Source: Octopus sinensis
Taxonomy: Eukaryota
DNA length: 64,000 nucleotides
Assembly: GCF_006345805.1 (NCBI RefSeq)
Contig: NW_021834283.1
Location: 1-64,000, forward strand
Direction: 5' to 3'
Shown: positions 54,171 through 64,000 of the stretch, piece after piece
Layout: every line of letters starts with the position of its first letter
Position numbering within the stretch: position 1 is the first letter of the stretch
Position numbers and translations under genes: made by a program
The notes under the pieces: generated by a model
Databases searched by the model: none
What the model was told of the DNA's origin: nothing
Seen by the model: the letters and a program-made list of their open reading frames with translations, nothing else

Positions 54171-56056
54171 TATAAGCCTGTATAGGCCCAAACAATGTTG
54201 TAGTAAGGCATACGAGACGTCGCTGCAAACACCGCCGCAAATCAAATAATATTCAGTTATGCTACTTTGATGAAATGGTGCTTCAACGATTGCTATCTTC
54301 GTGTGCATATGTTTATTATGCATATATGATGATATATGTATGTATGTTTGAATGTGCACACACACACAATATTATTAAGAAAATGGAGAGATTTAATGGA
54401 TACAAACTTATTTATTTATTAACATTGCCTACAATTGTTTCAATTTACACTCAATAGAAATTACAAACATAGATTAAAATAAGTTTGCATTTTGAAGATT
54501 TAGGGCAAAATATCATCAGAGCGAAAGGACATTAAGGAAGCTACATGCTGATTGGTTGAGATACTCCAACAGACTAAGTTGGTGAAGGTATATTTAGTTA
54601 TTTTTTTGTGTGTGTGTGTGCGAGCGTTAATAATTTTATTTAAATATGATAATAATAAAATAAAGTATATAAAAAGTGTAAAAAGATAAAATATGAAAAT
54701 AAAAATAAGTAAAAGTAAGTAATGAATATTAATAAAAATAAAGATAAAAATATTCAAAGATAAGGTATACAGACAAAAATAAAATAATAAAAAATAATAA
54801 ACGGTAATGATATAATAAAAAAATCAATACGAAAATAACTGAAGTAAAATGAAATTATATAAAATAAAAATTAAAATAACATGTGAGTAAGATAAAAAAT
54901 AAAAATAGCAATGATAAATATAAATAAGAAATGAAGTAAAAATTCAAATAAAAATAAAACCGTTATAAATATGGATATTTATTGTCAATGTTAATTTATG
55001 TGTGTGTATATATTCATGTTAGTAAATATATGTGGGTAAGTTAGAAATAATAAATAAAAATGAAATAAAATATAGTAAAAACAAATATAAATGAAACTGT
55101 TTTGAATATGGATGCCTATTGTCTATGTTAATTTGTGTGAGTATGTGGGTGTGTGGCTGTTTATTATTTATGTTGTTTTATGGGTGTGTATGTGTGTATG
55201 CATGTTAGTAAAAGGCTTATGAAATCAAATCAGTTTATTTATATATGCGTTTGTTTATAATTATCTGAAAATAAAAGCCAATTTTTATAGTCATTTATTA
55301 CAATTAATAACGACAGAAAATGTTAATATTGGATAGACATCAATATATATTATATGTAACGGTAATAAAATATATAAATAAATATATTTATATTTGTGTG
55401 TGTATAATAATTGGAAAATGAAAGTCTTGTATCAAATAAATAAGTACATTTATATTCACGAGAGTATATTTATTTGAGAATAAAAACTAATCTTTATAGT
55501 TATTCATTATTATTTCTATATTTATGTATGTGTGTCAGTACATGTATTTATACATGCACTTGAATGCATTTAAATTTAGTACGTTGAATGCATTTAAATT
55601 TAGTACGTATAAAATTAATGTTATCGATAGACTTACAAGTTTTCAATTTAATTTTTCATTTAAATTTAAATTACCTATATTTGCTAATTAATCAATAAAG
55701 ATTAATACTCAAAATTTTAATTGGACTTTTTTGTATATGTTATATATTATAATATTTTATACTTGGTTTTTAAATTAAGTTATATTTACTATATTATGTT
55801 TATATTTTTAATATTCAATTTTATCTTTATTAATTATATTTGCTAAAAACATTTTAGAGGAATGGATTACAAGATATACTTGCCGCTTTCCTAGAATTAA
55901 GGAGCTTGTGTTTAGATGTTAGAATTTGAAATATTTCTTCGAGACACAATTCACACCTCTTATCGAAAATTCCATAAGATCTGACCTGACTTATAATCTT
56001 CCATTTAAGCTTATAATTTTTTATTATTGTCCTTTAACATCTATATAAATTTGCTG

Positions 56057-56118
56057 ACGATCATTTCATGCAACTCCATTTAATTGTTCAATTAAATGGA
56101 GTTGCATGAAACGATCGT
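56057..56118. repeat. 30-bp near-perfect hairpin with a 2-nt loop
   Basis: acgatcatttcatgcaactccatttaattg-tt-caattaaatggagttgcatgaaacgatcgt. Confidence 0.9.
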
Positions 56119-56237
56119 ACTGCATTACCTCTGGATATCCTTCTTGCTTATTTTGATTATAATCACCTTATTTTGAAATTGTATGGATAATACTGTACTA
56201 AATTCTGGTGCCTCAACTTAAGTACCATATTAATCTG

Positions 56238-56309
<72 letters not shown>

Positions 56310-57539
56310 GGTATATATATATTATATATATGTATACATGTGTGTGCGTGTAATCTCTTACACTTATGTATGATTTCTATTACTATTTCTTTAGATCTCC
56401 CCCGGTGGAGACTGTCATACGTGACATCTTTTATTAAGAAGGACCATGAGAAAAAGTAAGGAATGGAAATATTTATGCAATTCCAATTTATCCAATATCC
56501 CATGTTGTTTCTAAGTATTTTATATTTATGCATTTGTCTGCATGTGTTTCTGCATTCAATTGTTTTACCATTGTTCTTGTAGAACTTTTTGCGACGAAAC
56601 ATGCTGCATATATTGATCCCATAATATGATTTCAATAAATCTTTATTGCTAAAGCACATCTCACCAAAGATATTTTCGATATTTTTTCCCCTTTTGTATA
56701 TTTTCCATCTTCGTATTTTTGTCCACTTCTGTTTTTCATTTTCTTTTAATTTAACTACAGACGCCTGATATTCACATATAGAAAAAATACCACGCATTTC
56801 TACATCTCACCATAATTAATTTGCCAACAAGTGTCTCCATATGTATACAACGGCCAGACATCAGTGCTTGCTTGCAACATTCAGGAAACTGAGAACCTCA
56901 CAAGGCTAGATTCGTGGCATTGGTAAGTTATAATTTGATTTTCGACAATTCTGAAATATGCATAAATACCTATTATATTCGATTATGTGTGATGTCTTGA
57001 TCGATATGTTATCTATGTACATAAAAGTTCGATATAGTTTATATGTTCTTCGTTTTCAGATATTTGAAGCCGGTTGTCTGTGATGAGATTTGAATGGCGA
57101 ATATATAATGCTACAACTATGTTGCACAAAACATTCCTCAGACACTCCACCGGTTCTGAGAAATCAACAATAAGCTATGTGGAAGAACGCCATAATAAAA
57201 ATGTGGTGTTTGGTGCCGAATTATGAAGAACAGACCCCAATTTGGTCTATTTTCTTAAACTTCAAAGACCAATTCTTTAAAAATATGTGGGGTTTATGTC
57301 AAGGATAAAAAAATAAAGAAATAATTCAGTTTTGAAATATTTTTGGTTTTCATTCTGAATTAAAAAAAAATTTAAACTGATATTTATTTTACCTTGTTTC
57401 TTCTATAATATACGAAAGATTTTCGCTAAGGAACATCTAAGAAATGTTAAAGAAAAAGTGCATCATCTCTGTTTACCTTCTCTCTCTCTCTCTCTTCCTT
57501 CTTCTCCCTCCCACCCTCTTACTCTCTGTATATATCTTT

Positions 57540-57984
57540 TTTAGGTGTTACTTATTTCAATCATTAAAGTGCAGTCATGTGGGTGCACCGTCTTGAAGAA
57601 CTTTTAGTCGAATGAATCAACCGCAGTCCCTTTTTTTAATGCCTAGTACTTATTCTATCTTTCTCGTTTGCCGAACAGTTGAGTTATGGGGACGTAAATA
57701 CACCAATACCGGTTGTGAAGTGGTGGCGGGGGACAAATACAGACTCAAAGACACACACACGAGAGCGTGCTCAAATTTCTGGCTTTAAGGGTGTCGCGAA
57801 AGGCTTGGTTGGAGTCCCAAACTTTCGAGTTCTTTTACAGGCCTTAGAAAAACTGAAAGACTACTGCGTTAAGTGTGTGAATCTGAGAGGGGAATATTCA
57901 GAATAAAATCATAATTAACTGATAGCCCTGTATTTTCTGTTACATATTGCTAGGAACTTTTCAGTACTCCCTCACACACATGCG

Positions 57985-58058
<74 letters not shown>

Positions 58059-58217
58059 GGCTTCATTCAGTTTTCGTCTACGAAATTCATACGTAAGACT
58101 TTGGTCAGTCAGAGGCTATAGTAGAAGATATTTGTGCAAAATGCCACGCAGTGGGACTGGACCCGGAACCTTGTAGTTGGGAATCAAGCTTCTTATCACA
58201 CAGCTACACCTGCGCCT
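57540..58217 (-). mobile_element. SINE A containing a mariner 3' fragment (~57820-57975)
   Basis: SINE tail and head on -; the insert encodes LEKLKDYCVKCVNLRGEYSE* on +. Confidence 0.72.
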
Positions 58218-58309
58218 GTATGCACACACACACACACACACATGTACATACATGTACATTATATATGTGCGGTATGTATATATATATCTTTAATTCCATA
58301 TGAACATTT

Positions 58310-59277
58310 GTCATCCTACATACAGTGCAAGATCGGAATACATCGGACCAATGGCAGTACAATCCCAGAGCTGGAGTCGGTACGGGACCTGGGAATCCCC
58401 ACCAGTAATGATGCAACATTCCATGTGCATATCAGAACGATAGTATCACTGTGCATGGGATTAGCTGTGAGCCACGAAGAAGGCTACTATGCGATACCAA
58501 TGGAGAATTCTTGTTTTCAGTTATCTGGATTACCGGTCACCGTAGAGCGACAATTTCGTAGTGGAACTTGAGGCAATCCAGCGCCAATATACAAAGACTA
58601 GCAGTATCACCCGGCGTTGCTCGGGTTTGTAAGGGAAATAACTATAAAGCATTTTTAGAGAGTTATAGCCAAGAAATAGCAAAAAAATGGAAAAAAAAAA
58701 TGATGGTAAATTTTTTTTGAGAATTAAAAAGGTCGAGTTGCGTCCCTTAGACAGTCTGTGGTTTGTGTTTCTGATTCTCGATCCCATGTAGAATTTATCG
58801 ATTTTTTTCAGAACTGGGGGAACTTTTCAAAATTTTCGCTGCGTTAGTTTTGAATTATGACATTGGGCTATGTGTGTATCAAGTTTCATCAGAATCGGTT
58901 GAAAGCCGTGGTAGGGTGAGGGTACAACCTGACAGACACACAGACACACACACAGACAAACTGCCGTTTATATATATAGAGAAGATTGACTCGGTGAAAC
59001 AGATGAGTTCCTGGGAAGTGAAAGCTATAGCAACTACCGAATTGGATGGTACTGCACAGTGTCAAAGATCCCATCTTCTCTATCCAGAATAAGAACTTAG
59101 TACTTTAACAGTTTGGTTTTTCAACATTTTCCCAAACATCCTCAGATATTTGCGTGTTGTAACTGTGTAATCTTCAAAGACCGCGTGGACGTATTTTTGT
59201 CTGAGACACCAGGTGAATCTACATTGCAGCAGGAAGCACAATGAAGAGCCGTTCCGTCCATCTCGCTACTTCACCAG
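58310..59277 (+). mobile_element. CR1-like LINE fragment interrupted by a Helitron
   Basis: ESVRDLGIPTSNDATFHVHI, LEAIQRQYTK|IDSVKQMSSWE; the C-terminal part parallels 50100-50360. Confidence 0.72.
58598..58985 (-). mobile_element. Non-autonomous Helitron
   Basis: Minus strand A|TCTTCTCTATATATATAAACGGCAG...CCCGAGCAACGCCGGGTGATACTGCTAG|T: TC/CTAG ends, 3' hairpin, AT target, no TSD. Confidence 0.88.
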
Positions 59278-59339
59278 AAACAGTACAGAAACTGTGCAGA
59301 AAAGAAACCTAGACACGCTAGAAGTCGGTTGCTCCAGAA

Positions 59340-59632
59340 TCCCCTCAATTTCTGACTGAAATCAGTATATTCCCTCCAAGAAGAAGGATTTTGGTTGGTC
59401 GTGCAACATTTATGCACCGCTTCCTCCACATCTTTATCCGTAGAAAATCGACGACCTCGGTTGGGAAGTGATGTCACATCCACTATATAGCCACGACCTT
59501 GTACCATCAGATTACCATTTATTTCTAAGTTTGAAGAATTATTTGAATGGTAAAACTTCCAATAATGATGAGGACCTGAAATCGCACTTGCTTCAGTTTT
59601 TGGCTGATAAGGACCAGAAGTTCTATGCCTCC
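59340..59632. pseudogene. Two mariner transposase C-terminal fragments fused back-to-back
   Basis: Minus: RGRRFSTDKDVEEAVHK; plus: WEVMSHPLYSHDLVPSDYHLFLSLKNYL. Confidence 0.75.
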
Positions 59633-59909
59633 CTCTCTGTGTATAACAGAACTTATATAAAAGAAAATCGTTTTCCAAGATGCTAAAGTACTGTTATGGA
59701 TTTTTCGAAAGCCTTAAGTTATATTTTTTAACACTCTGCGGCGCACCTCTGTAGATATGAAACCCCACCGTGGAGCACTTTGTGAACATCACTCGTTTAC
59801 ACAATGCAAGTCTGCAAGATGTTTTCACAAAAGACGAAAATGCTATTGATTATAGGTTTCTTCGATCTGGTTGGGTTGGCCTAGTGGTGACAATCATCCA
59901 TTTGTCTTC

Positions 59910-60477
59910 TTTCCTCCTCCTCCTCCTCCTTCCCTCCCCTGCTTCCCTCCTCCTCCTCCTCCTCCTCCTCCTTCCCTGCTTCCCTCCTCCGTCTCCTCCC
60001 CACCCCCTTCCCTGCTTCCTTCCACCTCCCCCCCTCTCCTCCTCCCCTTCTCCACCACCTCCTCCTTCTCTCCCCTCTTCCTCCTCCGTTTTTTCTTCCT
60101 CCTCCTCTTTTCTTGATCCTCCTCTTCTTCCTATTTTTCTTCCTCCTCCTCTTTTTTTCTTCTTCCTCCTCATTCTCCTTTTCTTCCTCTTTTTCTTCCT
60201 CCTACCATTCCTCCTCCTCTTATTCCTTCTTCTCCTCCTCCTCCTCCTCCTCCTCATCATCATCATCGTCATCAGTAGCAGCAATCTAGTCGTCTTTGTC
60301 ATCTTCATCATCTTTTTGTCATTTTTTTGTCATCGTCTTCATCATCATCACCACCAAAACCACCACCACCACCATTGTCATCATCATCATGACGACGACA
60401 ACCACAAACACTCCCCCACCACCACCACCACAATCACCACCACAACCACGACTACCACCATCACCACCACCACCACT

Positions 60478-60508
<31 letters not shown>

Positions 60509-60989
60509 CAACAACAACAACGGCATCAATAACTACAATAACAAAAGCCACAAGACTTCCAACAGCATCAACAGATGCAGTATGAAAATGAAATCTCAAA
60601 CATACAAGTAGACACAAAACACAACAACGATAACAACAACAACATCAACATTAGCAGTAGCAACAACAACAACAACAATAATAATAATAATAATTTCAAC
60701 AAAAAAAATCATTAACAAATTCAAAAGAAACCGCCCCTCCCCTCAAAAAAATGCACATAAAGCATACAACTATGAAGTAAAAAAAAAAATAATGAAGGAT
60801 ATCAAACAAGCCACAAAACATCCCACCACCACCACCACCACTACTAACAACAACAACAACAACAACAGCAGCAGCAGCAGCAACAACAACTTCTACAACA
60901 ATAACTGCATATTACATTAATAAAGCATTCATATAGTGCCCTTGAGGAGGTTATTGAACAAAAAATCGAATCATCGATCACGGTTATTA

Positions 60990-61040
<51 letters not shown>

Positions 61041-61090
61041 TGTTATTGTTGTTGTTGTTGTTATTGTTGTTGTTATTATTATTATTATAT
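59910..61090. repeat. Compound trinucleotide island (CCT, CAT, CAC, CAA, TTA/TTG)
   Basis: Read directly. Confidence 0.92.
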
Positions 61091-61219
61091 TTAATTTCAT
61101 TGTAACTGTTTGTTTATCATAAAAGTAAATATGAACGGTATTTGGAAAAGAAAGATAAACCTAAGAATTAATGTGTGTGTGTGCGTGTAAGTATTTGTGT
61201 GTGTGAGTGTGTGAATGTA

Positions 61220-61262
<43 letters not shown>

Positions 61263-61522
61263 ATGTGTATATATGTATTTATAAGTGTGTATGTATGTGC
61301 GTGTACACATACGCACACGTGCGAACATGTGTGTATATATGCATGCATACGTTCATAAATACATACATACACACAATCATTGTATATGCATACATACATA
61401 TTTTTGTATATGCACGCGTACATATATATACATATACATTCATGCAAACACAAGCATACAGGCATGTACATATATATATACACATACAGGGGGATGGGGA
61501 AGAAAAAGAAGAAAAGATAAGT

Positions 61523-61567
<45 letters not shown>

Positions 61568-61712
61568 TTGAGACAGTGAAAGAGAACAATATATAGAGTT
61601 GGAGGGAGGAAGAGAGAGAGAGAGAGAGAGAAAGAGAGTAAAAGGGAGATGCAATCAGTAAGAAAAGATTGAAGAAATATAGTACGTGCCCATCAATAAA
61701 CAAATGTAAAAT

Positions 61713-61748
<36 letters not shown>

Positions 61749-61821
61749 TACACGTACGCGCACACACATACACGCGCACGCACGCACACGATCGCGTGCG
61801 CGCGTGTTTGCGTTTCTATCT

Positions 61822-61858
61822 CCTTTCTGTAGAAGAGCATAGACTCGAAACGTCAACG
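61822..61858 (+). ncRNA. Minimal hammerhead-like motif (A6U variant), homologue of 8531-8568
   Basis: ccuuu-CUGUAGA-a-gag(cauaga)cuc-GAAA-cg-UC-aacg. Confidence 0.45.
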
Positions 61859-61927
61859 AATTCTTTGATTTTTGCTGAGCTACTACATCCTGTTTGTTGT
61901 TCTGTGTTTTAGTATAATTTTGAAGTA

Positions 61928-63049
61928 TTAAGAATGAAATGTCCGATTTTCTTATGCACCAAGTTTGGCATTCGTTAACTCTAATGCTTTATCCTGACAA
62001 TTCTTTGTTTTACAATACTGAAGGGTTACATCATCACTTTTTGAAATGCAATTCATGATGTCTGATTATATTGAGTTTTCTCTTGTAAATCACATTTTGT
62101 CTGGTGACTTTACTTTTGAAAATCAGTCCTGTGGCAGACCTGAGACCAAGGTGGATAATGATGAACTGGAAACTGTAGCGGAAGCAGATACATCTCAAAC
62201 TACGCGTGAGTTAGCAGCAAGGTTTGATGTTTCGATTCCAACCGTATTGGACCATCTGAAAGAAATCGTTATGATAAAGAAGCTGGACAAGTTAGTACCA
62301 CACAAACTGAATGAGCACCAAATGACACGGCGTCTTGAGACTTGCTATTCTTTGCTGTCACGGCATAAAAGCGAACCATTTTTGCATCGTATTGTTACGT
62401 GTGATGAAAAATTGATTATTTTCAACAATAGCAAGCTTTCTGCAAAGTGGTTGGATAGAGACGAAGTGCCAAAACACAATCCAACAAAGAATATTTACCA
62501 AAAAAAGTTAATGGTGTTTGTTTGGTGGTTCAGCGCTGGTGTCATACATTACAACTTCATGAGACCTGGTATGTCAATTACAGCGGATGTATACATCAAC
62601 CAATTGGATGAAATGATGAGTGAACCTGTAATTAAACAATCAAGATTTGTTAATAGAGACAGGCTAATTCTCTTGCGAGAAAATGCTCACCCCCACGTTG
62701 CACAAAGAACGCTATTCAGGTTACAGGAACTGAACTTGAAAACGCCCTGTCATCACCATATTCACCAGACCTTGCACCATCTGACAATTCCGCTTCCCAG
62801 GCATTAGACAACATTTTGCAAAGAAAAAAATTCAAATCTGAAGAAGATGCAACAACCCCCTTTTGTGATTTCGTCACCTCTTGTCCTCCAGAATTCTTCG
62901 CTGCCGACATAAAGAAGCAACCTATAAAGTGGCAAAATTGTATTGATAATTTAGGTGCATACTTTGATTAACTGCATTGCTTTTTGCCGAGATAAAGTAA
63001 AAAAAAAACTTTCAATTCAAAATCGGACATTTCATTCTTAACGAACTGA
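61928..63049 (+). mobile_element. Decayed mariner transposon with transposase pseudogene (~62040-62971)
   Basis: TIR ttaagaatgaaatgtccgatttt / aaatcggacatttcattcttaacgaactga+TA; LVPHKL, IVTCDEK, KLMVFVWW, LRENAHPH, YSPDLAPSD, GAYFD*. Confidence 0.92.
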
Positions 63050-63065
63050 TATACATTATTAAATA

Positions 63066-63299
63066 TATGCCTTGCGTATTTTCCGGTGGCTGCAGTGGCG
63101 AAGCAGAATATATAGACTCCCATATCGCCGGTGTTAAGACACCTTAGTCATGGACAAGAGAGATAACTCACCTTCAATCCCATTTGGGAGCGAGGGACAT
63201 CGATGTTTCGTTATTTTTGGGGCTTGTTAAACACCGGCGACATGAGCGTTTATATGCTCCGCTACGCCATTGCAGATACCGGGAAATAGACAAAGCATA
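63066..63299. repeat. Imperfect fold-back element with ~70-bp arms
   Basis: tatgccttgcgtattttccggt...tcgccggtgttaa versus ttaaacaccggcga...accgggaaatagacaaagcata. Confidence 0.72.
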
Positions 63300-63414
63300 T
63301 ACATCAGTATATGTTTTTAATAATATTTATTACACTAGGGCTGCTTTTACTTCATATGTAAATACACACACACATATACACACATGTATATATGTATACA
63401 TGTATATATGTACA

Positions 63415-63937
63415 CGCGGAGGTGTAATGGCCCAGTGGTTAGGGCAGTGAGCTGGCAGAAACGTTAGCACGTCGGGCGAAATGCTTAGCGGTATTTCGTC
63501 TGCCGTTACGTTGTGAGTTCAAATTCCGCCGAGGTCGACTTTACCTTTCATCCTTTCGGGGTCGATAAATTAAGTACCAGTTACGCACTGGGGTCGATGT
63601 AATCGACTTAATACCTATGTCTGTCCTTGTTTGTCCCTTCTATGTTTAGCCCCTTGTGGGTAATAAAGAAATGGGTTAGGGCAGCGGACTCCCGGTCGTA
63701 GGATCGCGGTTTATTGAGCGAAATCACCTAAAGCTTCACAAGGCTCCGGCAGGGTGGTGGTGGCGATCCCTGTTGTACTCTTTCGCCACAACTTTCTCTC
63801 ACTCTTTCTTCTGTTGGCCTGCTCGCTTAGCCAGCGGGGTGGCGTCATTTGAAGGCTAAAACAATGCGAAGCGCATTGTGACCAGCGATGTGTAGCAACA
63901 TCTGGTAGCCTGGTCGGTCACGGTGATCACGGTGATA
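63415..63937 (+). mobile_element. SINE C (tail gamma) with a SINE B (~63447-63672) inserted in its tRNA head
   Basis: ggttagggcag is duplicated either side of the B copy. Confidence 0.88.
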
Positions 63938-64000
63938 TATGTGCACGCACCTACACTCATACACATTGATATTTATTTCAAATTGAATTCAGTGTTAAGT

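Noticed and set aside
55560-55607. 24-bp direct tandem duplication
   Set aside because: Two copies only; ordinary slippage.
56273-56797. 174-aa minus-strand ORF
   Set aside because: AT-rich, no recognisable motif, ends in (TA)n; splice signals favour the opposite strand.
59770-60585. 271-aa ORF (and the 239-aa ORF at 40772-41491)
   Set aside because: Low-complexity repeat translations.
62046-62807. Domesticated or intact transposase
   Set aside because: The N-terminal HTH is missing, the second catalytic Asp reads E (RENA), and there is a frameshift before YSPDL.

Overview
This is repeat-saturated eukaryotic DNA with no intact host protein-coding gene that I can support. The SINE families and microsatellite load point to an octopus or other coleoid cephalopod genome (inference from recall, not a database match). 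Contents: (1) three abundant tRNA-headed SINE families (labelled A, B and C here) plus minor ones; (2) decayed mariner/Tc1/pogo DNA transposons and MITEs; (3) 5'-truncated LINEs, namely R4/Dong-like RLE elements in or ending in (TAA)n, an L1/Tx1-like element in (TATC)n, and CR1-like fragments; (4) non-autonomous Helitrons; (5) about a dozen short, often fold-back, Penelope-like terminal remnants next to (TA)n or (CA)n tracts, several carrying minimal type-I hammerhead ribozyme motifs, some canonical and some with recurrent non-canonical cores. Main leads: the hammerhead/fold-back system (best seen at 31.4-32.6 kb and 5.88-5.96 kb), two SINE-LINE 3'-tail partnerships visible within the window (SINE B with a Tx1/L1-like LINE, SINE A with a CR1-like LINE), modular or multimeric SINE architecture, and a possible spliced gene relic at 54.5-57.3 kb. 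Most ORFs in the supplied track are microsatellite artefacts. Coordinates were read by eye and may be off by a few nt.
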